Shown here in pieces: positions 54,609 to 63,314 of a DNA stretch of 63,314 nucleotides (its first letter is position 1; each line of letters starts with the position of its first letter). Location of the stretch: IMG/VR virus record IMGVR_UViG_3300037156_000068, positions 1 to 63,314 of that record, one strand, 5' to 3'. The DNA comes from a virus (lineage: Duplodnaviria > Caudoviricetes). The notes beneath the pieces were generated by a model, which did not search any database, was not told where the DNA came from, and was given only the letters and a program-made list of their open reading frames with translations. Made by a program: the position numbers and the translations under genes.

Positions 54609-55329
54609 GAGTATTTATATCCAAGGCCCCGGCGGGGCTCCATATGAAGTAATGTTCGGCTCGATGGGCATTAGCCGGGCCAAGACTATTGGAGAGGCCG
54701 ATTACGTATGTTTCACGGGGGGTGAGGACGTTGATCCAGCCCTCTATGGTGAGAATGCCCTGCGCAATACATGCTTCAATGACCTTCGGGATGGCTTCGA
54801 CTCAGCGGCCTATGCTCGTGCCAAGACCGTATTCAAGGGGGAGACACTCAAGCCTTGCGTGGGTATCTGTCGTGGAAGCCAATTCCTCAATGTCATGAAT
54901 GGGGGGAAGCTCTGGCAGGATATTGACAGGCACACTAGCTCCCATACACTCTGGGACCCCCATGTCCAGAAGGAGTACTTCGTCAGTTCGACCCACCATC
55001 AGCAGATGATTCCACATAGCTCAGGCATCCTGGTGGCCTATGCGAAGGAGGCTCACCATAAGTCTAGCTGGGGGCGTGGGTGGGATACGGTTGTGCATAA
55101 TGCTGGGCTCCGAGCCGATAAGCAGTACAAGGATGGTATCAAGATTACTAAGGCCAGGGACTCAATTCACCCAAGCATTGATGCGGAGGTGGTCTGGTAC
55201 CCTGACACGTTGGACCTATGTTTCCAGCCTCACCCGGAGTTTCACACGGCCAAAGAGTGCAAGGCGTACTTCGAACTAGTCTTCAATCGTTATCTCAATG
55301 AACCAAACCTACAGAAAAGGGTTAGCTAG
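54601..55329 (+). CDS. class I glutamine amidotransferase / peptidase C26 (gamma-glutamyl hydrolase-like)
   Basis: TGGEDVDP, GICRGSQ, STHHQ, FQPHPE. Confidence 0.9.
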   Translation: MPKSIYIQGPGGAPYEVMFGSMGISRAKTIGEADYVCFTGGEDVDPALYGENALRNTCFNDLRDGFDSAAYARAKTVFKGETLKPCVGICRGSQFLNVMNGGKLWQDIDRHTSSHTLWDPHVQKEYFVSSTHHQQMIPHSSGILVAYAKEAHHKSSWGRGWDTVVHNAGLRADKQYKDGIKITKARDSIHPSIDAEVVWYPDTLDLCFQPHPEFHTAKECKAYFELVFNRYLNEPNLQKRVS

Positions 55330-55331
55330 AT

Positions 55332-56708
55332 ATGTGTGGTATTGTTGGTGTTGCTGGGTGGGTAGGGCATCGAGAGAAGGCCGTATTCTCTAACCTGCTA
55401 GGTTGGGATGTTGTTCGAGGTCCCCATGCTACTGGTGTGGCGGCTATTCGGGGTGGGGCTAACGAAGTTCATATCTTAAAGCGGGCGATGCACGCCTATG
55501 ATTTTATGGACCTAAAAGCCTATGACCCTACGATTGATAACTCAAAGATTCTAATCGGTCACAATAGATTTGGGACTGTCGGCGGTAATTCGAGTAGGAA
55601 CGCCCACCCATTTGTATTCGACAATGTTGTTGGTGTCCATAACGGAACCATCCAATATTCTGATCGTAAGGTTTTGAAAGATCATGACAAATTCGATACG
55701 GACTCGGAGGCCATCTACTATAACATCAGTGAACTCGGTCCAAAGGAGGCCCTTAAAGACCTTAAGGGTGCGTGGTCTCTCGTGTGGTGGGACCGCGTGG
55801 AACATAAGCTTAACTTCCTTAGGAATAAAGAGCGTCCTATGTATTGGACACTTTCCGAGACGGGAAAGGAGCTCTACTGGGCATCTGAGTCTGGGATGCT
55901 TCAAGCCGTCTTGGCTCGTCATAGTGTCAAGCACGGAGCGGTCTACGGCACACCAGAAGACACGATGCTATCGTTTACCATTCCTGATGATTATAACACT
56001 GTGATAGCTAGCCCTGAGCGCACGGAGGTGAAGGGAGCGCTCCCTTTCGTGTTTCCGGTTCATCAAAGGGGTCTGGGGGGCTACGAGAATTGGGACGAGG
56101 AGGGATGGCGCGGGGGGTATCACAGTCGCAACAAGGTACGAGACACCACAGCGTTACCCGGGCATGGCACAGGGGGTCAGAAATCCCTGTCGGATTTGCG
56201 GTCAACGGGGCAGGGCAGCTCATCCCAACCACCAGCCTTAGTCGTAGGGCCCTCAGAAAAGCCAGCCGAAGAGGCCTCGTCGGAAAGGCCCAACCTCAAG
56301 AAGCCTGAACGAGGGGCCATGTCTGATCTGGTGGAGACGGTTCAAGCGAAGATCAGGGAGTATGGTGGGGGAGATAGCTCTGTCCCTTTCACGCCAGGAC
56401 GCGCACCAGATACGCCAGGTGATAAAGTCGTTCATCTAGAGGATAAGATGCGGGGGACAGCGGCCAGATTTGTCCCGGCCTTTAATGACATTTATATCGG
56501 CCGAGAGGATTTCGATAAGATGTCAAAGAATGGCTGCGCCTACTGCGAAAAGGGCGTGCTATTCCAAGACATTCTCCAAAAGCGTGAGACCATCCATTGG
56601 CTCAAGCGAGACGCCTTCTTATGCACTGAATGTATGGATGATCCGGACATCCTTGAGTACCTGGCCGGAATGAACATTGAACTTCCACAAAGGAAAAAGT
56701 CGAATTAA
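55332..56708 (+). CDS. class II (Ntn) glutamine amidotransferase with C-terminal Zn finger
   Basis: MCGIVG, RGPHATG, GHNR, NAHPF, HNGTI, TDSE; CAYC...CTEC. Confidence 0.92.
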   Translation: MCGIVGVAGWVGHREKAVFSNLLGWDVVRGPHATGVAAIRGGANEVHILKRAMHAYDFMDLKAYDPTIDNSKILIGHNRFGTVGGNSSRNAHPFVFDNVVGVHNGTIQYSDRKVLKDHDKFDTDSEAIYYNISELGPKEALKDLKGAWSLVWWDRVEHKLNFLRNKERPMYWTLSETGKELYWASESGMLQAVLARHSVKHGAVYGTPEDTMLSFTIPDDYNTVIASPERTEVKGALPFVFPVHQRGLGGYENWDEEGWRGGYHSRNKVRDTTALPGHGTGGQKSLSDLRSTGQGSSSQPPALVVGPSEKPAEEASSERPNLKKPERGAMSDLVETVQAKIREYGGGDSSVPFTPGRAPDTPGDKVVHLEDKMRGTAARFVPAFNDIYIGREDFDKMSKNGCAYCEKGVLFQDILQKRETIHWLKRDAFLCTECMDDPDILEYLAGMNIELPQRKKSN

Positions 56709-56709
56709 T

Positions 56710-57537
56710 ATGGCTAAGATTTTAATTGGCGCTGATCCGGAACTATTCTTGCGTAATCCAAACAACGGTAGCTTTGTCTCCGGGCATATCTTTAACCTAG
56801 GTGACAAAAAGAATCCATGCCCAGTCCCATTCGGTGCTGTGCAGAATGATGGGTGCGCGGTAGAATTTAATATTGATCCGGCGGCCACCGTTCAGGAATT
56901 TGTCCACAATACGCAGCATGTGCTGGAGACCCTCCGCTCAATGACGCCAGGCTATAACCTATGCATGGAGCCGGTCGCGGACTTCGACAAGGATTACTTT
57001 GACAAGGAAGTCCCCATGAAGTCCAAGGAACTGGGGTGTGATCCGGACTATAATGCATGGACCGGGATGGCAAATGATCCTCCGGACAATACACAACCCA
57101 TGCGAACCGCATCTGGGCATATCCACATCGGCTGGACTGATGGGGCTGATGTACAGGACGCCAAGCACTTCGCAAATTGTTGTGCCGTGGCCAAGCAGAT
57201 GGATTATTACCTAGGCATCCACTCACTACGATGGGACCAGGATAACCGACGGAGGTCTATGTATGGTCAAGCTGGAGCATTTAGGCCCAAGCCATACGGT
57301 TGCGAGTACCGTGTTCTTTCTAATCGCTGGCTCTCTTCTGAGCCTCTTATGCGCTGGGTTTATCATAGCGCTGTCCGTGGTGTTGGTCATCTCATCGAGG
57401 AGGGGCAATCTGCGGCGGAGATGTATGGAGATTTGGCGCGAGATATCATCAATGGTAACGTTGTTGATTGGCCAAGTAAACATAATCTTAATATTCCTGT
57501 TCCAGCACCCCCAGGGTTTAATAAAGCGGTGGCTTGA
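56710..57537 (+). CDS. phiEco32-like COOH-NH2 ligase type 2
   Basis: IGADPELF, DG.AVEFNI.PA, GCDPDYNAW, SGHIHIG, RR.MYG.AG.FRPKPYG.EYR.LSN. Confidence 0.92.
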   Translation: MAKILIGADPELFLRNPNNGSFVSGHIFNLGDKKNPCPVPFGAVQNDGCAVEFNIDPAATVQEFVHNTQHVLETLRSMTPGYNLCMEPVADFDKDYFDKEVPMKSKELGCDPDYNAWTGMANDPPDNTQPMRTASGHIHIGWTDGADVQDAKHFANCCAVAKQMDYYLGIHSLRWDQDNRRRSMYGQAGAFRPKPYGCEYRVLSNRWLSSEPLMRWVYHSAVRGVGHLIEEGQSAAEMYGDLARDIINGNVVDWPSKHNLNIPVPAPPGFNKAVA

Positions 57538-57538
57538 G

Positions 57539-58171
57539 ATGTATGATACAGTTGAAGAGGCGAGGATGCGCCTTACGGGTACGGTAATCTTTTATCGCGG
57601 CACCCCTAAGTATGTCCGGGATTGTGTTGCGGGTCTGGGCGGTGAGATCATGCTTCACATGGACAATCTTCCAAATATGAATGGGGGCATTGCAATCTCC
57701 ATCCGTGACCCGGACGTGAACATGCGGGACTTCCGGAGTTCAGTCGGCTACATGAATAATATTACCGTTGATGGTGGGGCCAGCTACAAGGCTCACTATG
57801 TTATGCGTATGCCCATCCGAGGTGACGGGTTCAAGCAGGGGCTCCATAACTCTAACCTGGCCTTCCCCCGAATTGGTGGCGAACGACAGCGCTGGGACAG
57901 GGCCTTAACATCCCCTAGCTTCAAAGACATGCTTATGGGTGTCTATCCGAGTATCGAAGAGTGCAAAGTTATTCTTGACGGGGATCAGACCCAGCATTCT
58001 GTGGCATTTAACAGAACCTTCGCCCTGGCCAAGGATCATGAGCTTGGATTTTTCATCTTGAATTATAAGGGCAGGCGCGTGGCTTCTGGTGATATTGAGG
58101 CCCTGACCCTACCCTCTCACAATTGGTATTTGAATGATGTGTTACGGCAGTCAGGGATTAAGGTGCGATGA
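57539..58171 (+). CDS. hypothetical protein of the amidoligase cluster
   Basis: EARMRL.GT.I.Y, GY.N, R.P.R...KQGL, AF.R.FAL. Confidence 0.7.
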   Translation: MYDTVEEARMRLTGTVIFYRGTPKYVRDCVAGLGGEIMLHMDNLPNMNGGIAISIRDPDVNMRDFRSSVGYMNNITVDGGASYKAHYVMRMPIRGDGFKQGLHNSNLAFPRIGGERQRWDRALTSPSFKDMLMGVYPSIEECKVILDGDQTQHSVAFNRTFALAKDHELGFFILNYKGRRVASGDIEALTLPSHNWYLNDVLRQSGIKVR

Positions 58172-58193
58172 ATAACGTCCGGAGGACCTACTA

Positions 58194-59342
58194 ATGGCTA
58201 AAGCCCAAGGAGCTAAGACTTATAATTATAACAATACGATCCGAGAGCATCTTGCCCGACACGGTAAGGTGACTGGTGAGGTGGGTATTGAAATTGAGTG
58301 TGAGGGCAGCAAACTCCCAAGCCTCAACTACCTAGAGAAGTACTGGATTACTCATGCCGACGGAAGTCTTCGCGGTGAGAGCATCGAGTACGTCATGGCT
58401 GGCCCTGTGCCCCGTAAGGAAGTGATACCAGCACTTGAGTATCTAGATGGTCTGTTCAAGGAGCACAAGACTAAGATCAAGGATAGCTACAGGACCTCTG
58501 TGCATGTGCATGTGAATATGCAGACTGTGACCATCCGTCAGACTTATAACATGGTTCTGATGTATGGAATCTTGGAGGATATCCTGACTGATTATGCGGG
58601 TACAACTCGCGTTGGCAATCTCTTCTGTCTTCGTATGTCTGACGCGGAGTTCATGCTCGACCAACTCCGCCACGGGGCCAGCACGGATAGGTATGAGCAT
58701 CTGAACACTAATGGTCTGCGGTATGCTGGGTGCAACGTTAAGTCCCTGTTCGATCACAACTCGCTAGAGTTCAGGGCCTTCCGTGGCACTACAGATATGA
58801 AGTTGATTGCTGAATGGGTGGATATTATCCTTCAGATTAAGGACTCAGCACTCACATATGCGAACCCAGCGGAGATGCTACAGAACTTCTCAAACATCGG
58901 TCCTGATGGTTTCTTGCAAAAGAACTTCAACAAGAGTTTGATCAGTATTATTAAGGCCTCACCTAAGTGGGAAGATCGGATTATGTCTGGTGTTCGTCTT
59001 GTACAAGATGTGGCCTATGCCAATGACTGGGCGGCAATGCCTGAGAAAAAGGATGGTGCGGAGAAAGAGCCAGCCAAGATGGCTTATTACGGTGTGCAAG
59101 GGATGGCTGATCCAGTGCAACTTCCCGATGATATGGTGCCACGATGGGGAGATCCGGCCCAACAGGCACACCAGAATGCGATGGATCGGTTACTCGGTAT
59201 TCAACGTCAGAATGCACCGGTCAATCTTGTGGCACCCGCACCAAGGCCCGCTCGTGCCCGTCGTGTATTGCACAATCTTGATCCCGTTGAAGTTGCAATT
59301 GATCACATTGATTGGCCCGCAGCAGGTGCTGAAGAACTATAG
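58194..59342 (+). CDS. putative amidoligase (type 2)
   Basis: GIEIECEG, DGSLRG..IEYV, TSVHVHVN, RYAGCN, LEFRAFRGT. Confidence 0.9.
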   Translation: MAKAQGAKTYNYNNTIREHLARHGKVTGEVGIEIECEGSKLPSLNYLEKYWITHADGSLRGESIEYVMAGPVPRKEVIPALEYLDGLFKEHKTKIKDSYRTSVHVHVNMQTVTIRQTYNMVLMYGILEDILTDYAGTTRVGNLFCLRMSDAEFMLDQLRHGASTDRYEHLNTNGLRYAGCNVKSLFDHNSLEFRAFRGTTDMKLIAEWVDIILQIKDSALTYANPAEMLQNFSNIGPDGFLQKNFNKSLISIIKASPKWEDRIMSGVRLVQDVAYANDWAAMPEKKDGAEKEPAKMAYYGVQGMADPVQLPDDMVPRWGDPAQQAHQNAMDRLLGIQRQNAPVNLVAPAPRPARARRVLHNLDPVEVAIDHIDWPAAGAEEL

Positions 59343-59366
59343 CCTTCGGCTACATGAGGAGCTATA

Positions 59367-60137
59367 ATGAGGAACGTCAATCTTTATGCGTACAACCCTA
59401 ACTCTGAAGGGGCCGCCGAACTCTGCGACGCCTTGGGTATTAGGCGCATCAGACACCAGAACTCAAACTATGTGGGGTCTCAGCGAAAGACTGTAATTAA
59501 CTGGGGTTCATCTAGTCTCCCCGGTTCGGTTGCAGTCTCTCGTATCCTGAATCCCACGGCCACTGTGTCCATGATGTCTAACAAGCGCACATTCTTTGGT
59601 GCGATGGAAGATACTGATTGCAGAGTGCCTGATTGGACTGTGGATATGGGTGCGGCTATTAATTGGCTCGGAGCTGGACACACAGTTTGTGCCAGAGCTA
59701 TTCTTAATGGGCACTCCGCAAACGGTCTAACCATTTATGTACCAGGACGAGACCAGATATTAGAGAGAGTCCCGCTCTATACTAAATACGTTAAGAAGAA
59801 AGCTGAGTACCGTGTTCACTTTGTTGGGGGACAAGTTATTGATATCCAACGTAAAATCCGCAGACCAGACTTTGCTGGCCCAATTAATTGGCACATTCGC
59901 AACCACGACAACGGTTTCATTTTTGTCCGTAACGGTGTTCGTGAGGCTTTGCCAGTAGATGTTCTAACCCAGGCACAGCATTGCATTGATAACTCCGGTC
60001 TTGATTTTGGGGCTGTGGATGTGATCTACAATGAGCAACATGATCAGGCGTATGTGCTGGAAGTTAATACTGCGCCAGGGCTTACGGGTGAGACTGTTAC
60101 CAATTATGCTGAGGCCTTCCGTAGGATGTTAGGATGA
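59367..60137 (+). CDS. ATP-grasp ligase
   Basis: INWG, NK..F, EYRVHFV, DFGAVDVI, VLEVNTAPG. Confidence 0.92.
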   Translation: MRNVNLYAYNPNSEGAAELCDALGIRRIRHQNSNYVGSQRKTVINWGSSSLPGSVAVSRILNPTATVSMMSNKRTFFGAMEDTDCRVPDWTVDMGAAINWLGAGHTVCARAILNGHSANGLTIYVPGRDQILERVPLYTKYVKKKAEYRVHFVGGQVIDIQRKIRRPDFAGPINWHIRNHDNGFIFVRNGVREALPVDVLTQAQHCIDNSGLDFGAVDVIYNEQHDQAYVLEVNTAPGLTGETVTNYAEAFRRMLG

Positions 60138-60409
60138 GATACTCTGTATCTGCGTACAATATCTATGATGGTGATGGCAGCCCGCTGTACGATGGAGATA
60201 TCGTTCGAGTAACCCTTGGTGGCGGAAATGACGGCGGAAAGAGATACCGAAGTGTCAGATACCATCAACTCTCAATCTCTAGAACAGGCCGCTTAAAGCT
60301 TTCTGGGATTGAAAATATTGTTAATCCGAAAGAATTGGTGAAGACTGCGCCCTACGACCCTATATTCCAGGCTCGCGGTATTGATAAATATTTCAAAGAG
60401 TACTATTAA
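60134..60409 (+). CDS. hypothetical protein
   Basis: D.DG..LY.GDIV. Confidence 0.5.
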   Translation: MRYSVSAYNIYDGDGSPLYDGDIVRVTLGGGNDGGKRYRSVRYHQLSISRTGRLKLSGIENIVNPKELVKTAPYDPIFQARGIDKYFKEYY

Positions 60410-60438
60410 TCAATAATAATAAGAAAGAAGAAGACTAA

Positions 60439-60624
60439 ATGCGATGCGTTATTTGTGATGTGACTATCGAACAACCCCAGCTCGACCCTCGTGATCTGAA
60501 GGTCAGGCCCTGTCGGAAATGTGAGAGTGTAATTCAAGATTGCATTGATAGCTTCCATGATCCAGAGTTGGACATGTTTGCTTATATCGATTACACAGAT
60601 GAGGATACGAAAGGTTTGCTATGA
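60439..60624 (+). CDS. small Zn-finger protein
   Basis: MRCVICD...PCRKC, acidic tail. Confidence 0.6.
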   Translation: MRCVICDVTIEQPQLDPRDLKVRPCRKCESVIQDCIDSFHDPELDMFAYIDYTDEDTKGLL

Positions 60625-60926
60625 TTAGTAAGAAACAATTCGGCGGTGTGATTGAGCACTGGCACAAGCAGCAGGTGGCTGGTGCTGAGTACGGTGGTAT
60701 GATCATCTCTAAAAGGTCGCTAGACACTAAGTTTGGAAAATCTCTAGGCTACATTATCCGAGGATTTTTAGAGGAGGACCCGACAGGGCGCTTCGGCCGG
60801 GGTCCATTGCGTACAAGTCTTGTAGTTAAGATTAACAAGGCTCAGACTGAGATCGAAACTTTGAACACGATCTATCATCTCGGCGAGCCATTTAGTCGTG
60901 TACCCAGGGTGGGGGAATTCTTTTGA
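60621..60926 (+). CDS. conserved-looking phage protein
   Basis: GRF....RTS.VV.....IETLNT.Y.LG. Confidence 0.65.
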   Translation: MISKKQFGGVIEHWHKQQVAGAEYGGMIISKRSLDTKFGKSLGYIIRGFLEEDPTGRFGRGPLRTSLVVKINKAQTEIETLNTIYHLGEPFSRVPRVGEFF

Positions 60927-61180
60927 CCACGCAAGGACAGGTCCTCTCTGAGGCTAATGCCTTGGGTGAAACTTTCTCAAGTCTTGCCCGGCGATATGGC
61001 CTTACTAAGGGTAAGGTGGCTGGGCTGGTGCGTAGATATAAGATTCAAGAGCCCCCTAAGCGCAAGCGCCTTAGCCCAGATCGCTTTGAATATGACAACG
61101 CTAGCCGATGGACTGAGGAGAGCCTGACCGAAAAGTGGGCTGATCGTAAGAGCCGTAAACTGAAGGGAGTATGTTCATGA
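60923..61180 (+). CDS. GcrA-like HTH protein
   Basis: G.TFSSLARRYGLTKGKVAGLVRR resembles the GcrA N-terminal HTH. Confidence 0.5.
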   Translation: MTTQGQVLSEANALGETFSSLARRYGLTKGKVAGLVRRYKIQEPPKRKRLSPDRFEYDNASRWTEESLTEKWADRKSRKLKGVCS

Positions 61181-61220
61181 GGAAGCAGACTTTAAGCTGC
61201 CACGAGCGGAGTGTAACGCA

Positions 61221-62000
61221 GTGAGGAATGGACCAGTACTATGGAATGAGATTTTACACGTTGTACGTGAGTTGGGTGGCCATAACCCTGTAATTGCAGG
61301 GGGTGCTATCCGTGATTATGTGCTCAAACTCGGTGATCCGAGAGACATTGATGTCTTCATTGGTGGTGAGCCGCCTGATGATATGCAACTACCAGAAGGG
61401 GAATGGGGTGCAGTGGATGAGCTGGATAGAATTGCACCAGTTCAAGCTGAGTATAACGGTCAAATCGGAACAATCACTGCAATTCAGAATTGGCGTTTTA
61501 TCCTATGTGACTTCCCTGTTCAATTCATCTGGATTGGTGACAATGATCCCGTCCATTACGTACGAGGATTTGACTTAGGCACGAGTAAGTGTTATTATAG
61601 GGGTAGCGTAGTCCTGGGTAAGGACTTCTTGCACGACTGGCACCATCAACAGATTACCATCCTGCCGATTGCATATGAGCGTCCGAGGAATGTTGAACGA
61701 TCCAGAGAGAGGGCCAGGGCGCTTCAACAGCGTTATCCCAATGGTGCTACGATTGTTGAGCGGCCGCCAGCAATAGACCCAGTTCCTGTTATGGGTGGTA
61801 TGCTTCGAGTGAGGGTTCCTTTTGCCGACATTCCCGTTGGATTCGCAGATCGGATTGCGCGTCAAGATCAGGCGATGCCTGCGGAAGGTTGGATAATGCG
61901 GAATGCTGCTGGCGTGCCGGGTAATGCCCTGGAGAATGCACCAGCACAACTGGAGGGTGAAGTACCGCAAGAACGGGCAGGCCTATGGCCTAATTGGTAG
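61221..62000 (+). CDS. class II nucleotidyltransferase (CCA-adding/poly(A) polymerase head domain)
   Basis: IAGGAIRD, RDIDVF, FDL. Confidence 0.8.
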   Translation: MRNGPVLWNEILHVVRELGGHNPVIAGGAIRDYVLKLGDPRDIDVFIGGEPPDDMQLPEGEWGAVDELDRIAPVQAEYNGQIGTITAIQNWRFILCDFPVQFIWIGDNDPVHYVRGFDLGTSKCYYRGSVVLGKDFLHDWHHQQITILPIAYERPRNVERSRERARALQQRYPNGATIVERPPAIDPVPVMGGMLRVRVPFADIPVGFADRIARQDQAMPAEGWIMRNAAGVPGNALENAPAQLEGEVPQERAGLWPNW

Positions 62001-62011
62001 GTAAATAAAAT

Positions 62012-63314
62012 TTGAGTAGCAAGTTTGTACGTCATATCCCCTGCAAGTCGTGCGGCTCATCAGATGGCAATAGCCTGTACTCAGATGGGCACACGTTCTG
62101 TTTTCGATGCAATTCACGCGAAGGTAATAGCCCTCGCCAAGAGAAACAAGAAAGTAATAATTTGGAAGAATTTAAACTGAAAGATAATAACTTTGAAAAG
62201 TCATCAAACATCAGGCCCCTGCCAGAGAGTTACTCTGAACTCAAAGATCGAGGAATTTCTGCGGCAACCGCGAAGAGATTTGGTGTTGCTGTCTCGGACG
62301 GGGAGCATGTTTATCCTTACTTCGATAAAGATGGGCACCATGTCGCAAACAAGATACGGCGTGTCTATCCCAAGGGATTTAGGTGGGAGGGCGAAGTTGG
62401 TCAAAGTGCGCTCTTCGGACAGAATATTTTCCCACAGCGAGATGGTGGCGCTATTACCATTGTTGAGGGGGAGTGCGATGCCATGGCGGCTTATGAAATT
62501 ACTGGTAGCCGCTATCCAGTTGTATCCGTCCATTCCGCTGTCAGCGCTCCGAAAAACGTAGCGGATAACTTTGAGTACCTGAATTCCTTTGATAAGATTG
62601 TTGTTTGCTTCGATAAGGATGAGGGGAAGATCAATCCAACTACTGGCATTACATCTTACCCGGGCCAAGAGGCCGCCCTTAAGGTGGCCAGCATGTTCCC
62701 CATTGGTAAAGTACGCCTGCTGACCCTTCAGGAGGGCAAGGATGCCAATGAGTACCTTGCGGCAGGTAAGCAGGCCCAGTTCATCAAAGAGTGGTTCCAG
62801 GCCCCTGTGTTTACGCCTAGCGGATTGAAGCTCGGCAAGAATATGTGGGATGAGATCAGGGCCCCGAAGAACCTTAAGTCCGTCTCCTACCCCTGGGCAG
62901 GCCTACAGAAAAAGACTTATGGCATTCGCTACTCGGAGGTAGTCATTGTGACTGCTGAAACGGGTGTGGGTAAGTCGAGTATATTGCGTGAGATCGAACA
63001 CCACGTACTAAAGGAGACATTAGATGATCCTGATAAGCCGGGCGTGGGGCTGCTACACCTTGAAGAGTCCAATTCCGACACCGCCCTCGGGCTTATGTCT
63101 ATTACTGCTAATAAGCCTCTGCATCTGCCGGATGTGCGGGAATTAGTGGACGAGAAAGAACTGCGGGACTATTACGATAAGACTGTTAATACTGATCGTA
63201 TCGTGGTTTGGGATCACTTTGGAGCCAACTCTATTCATGAAGTTCTGAATAAAATCAGACACATGGCCAATCTTGGTTGTAAATATATTATCGTAGATCA
63301 CTTGTCGATTATTG
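62012..63314 (+). CDS. T7 gp4-like primase-helicase, N-terminal part (runs off the window end; 560 aa when joined to 6..1016)
   Basis: TTG start; HIPCKSCGSSDGNSLYSDGHTFCFRC Zn finger; TOPRIM IVEGECDAMA and CFDKD; absent from the ORF track because it has no stop. Confidence 0.95.
   Translation, partial: MSSKFVRHIPCKSCGSSDGNSLYSDGHTFCFRCNSREGNSPRQEKQESNNLEEFKLKDNNFEKSSNIRPLPESYSELKDRGISAATAKRFGVAVSDGEHVYPYFDKDGHHVANKIRRVYPKGFRWEGEVGQSALFGQNIFPQRDGGAITIVEGECDAMAAYEITGSRYPVVSVHSAVSAPKNVADNFEYLNSFDKIVVCFDKDEGKINPTTGITSYPGQEAALKVASMFPIGKVRLLTLQEGKDANEYLAAGKQAQFIKEWFQAPVFTPSGLKLGKNMWDEIRAPKNLKSVSYPWAGLQKKTYGIRYSEVVIVTAETGVGKSSILREIEHHVLKETLDDPDKPGVGLLHLEESNSDTALGLMSITANKPLHLPDVRELVDEKELRDYYDKTVNTDRIVVWDHFGANSIHEVLNKIRHMANLGCKYIIVDHLSII
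62679..63314. repeat. Right copy of the 636-bp imperfect contig-end repeat
   Basis: see 1-636. Confidence 0.95.

Noticed and set aside
62679-63314. Physical direct terminal repeat
   Set aside because: It falls mid-gene and the copies differ at many synonymous sites; assembly overlap of two alleles explains it better.
1-63314. Temperate lifestyle or phage-encoded RNA polymerase
   Set aside because: No integrase, repressor, partition gene or single-subunit RNAP motifs were recognised; absence was judged by eye only.
1-63314. Apparent abundance of CTAG/CCTAGG words
   Set aside because: An impression only; it needs a k-mer observed/expected calculation that I cannot run.

Overview
The window is an apparently complete, circularly permuted genome of a podovirus-like tailed dsDNA phage with a unit length of 62,678 bp; positions 1-636 recur at 62679-63314 as a second, non-identical allele of the helicase gene. 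It has two opposed transcription arms. The + arm (~42.1 kb through the window end, then 1-14.0 kb) carries early genes interleaved with highly structured non-coding segments, an expanded phiEco32-type peptide-ligase/amidotransferase cluster, a T7-like primase-helicase, family A polymerase, SSB, nucleases, an RNA-repair set and class Ia nrdB/nrdA. The - arm (~41.3 kb down to 14.07 kb) carries terminase, a P22-like portal/coat/tail module, ejection proteins, lysis genes and one atypical tRNA-Thr. I recognised no RNA polymerase, integrase or repressor; near-consensus sigma70 promoters suggest host RNAP is used, and a GcrA-like HTH weakly suggests an alphaproteobacterial host. Best leads: (1) four late tail/spike-like proteins with Sec-type signal peptides and even mature Cys counts (12, 4, 4, 6), including a tailspike whose leaderless paralog has no Cys, suggesting export and oxidative folding of virion-type proteins; (2) a ~580-nt structured non-coding RNA candidate with a (CAAU)5 loop, plus neighbouring G-U-rich stems; (3) a split gp10-like tail hub gene whose N-terminal piece carries 26 consecutive prolines; (4) a 62-aa stand-alone GGQ release-factor domain inside the nrd operon. 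All family calls come from motif recognition by eye; no database search or folding software was run.
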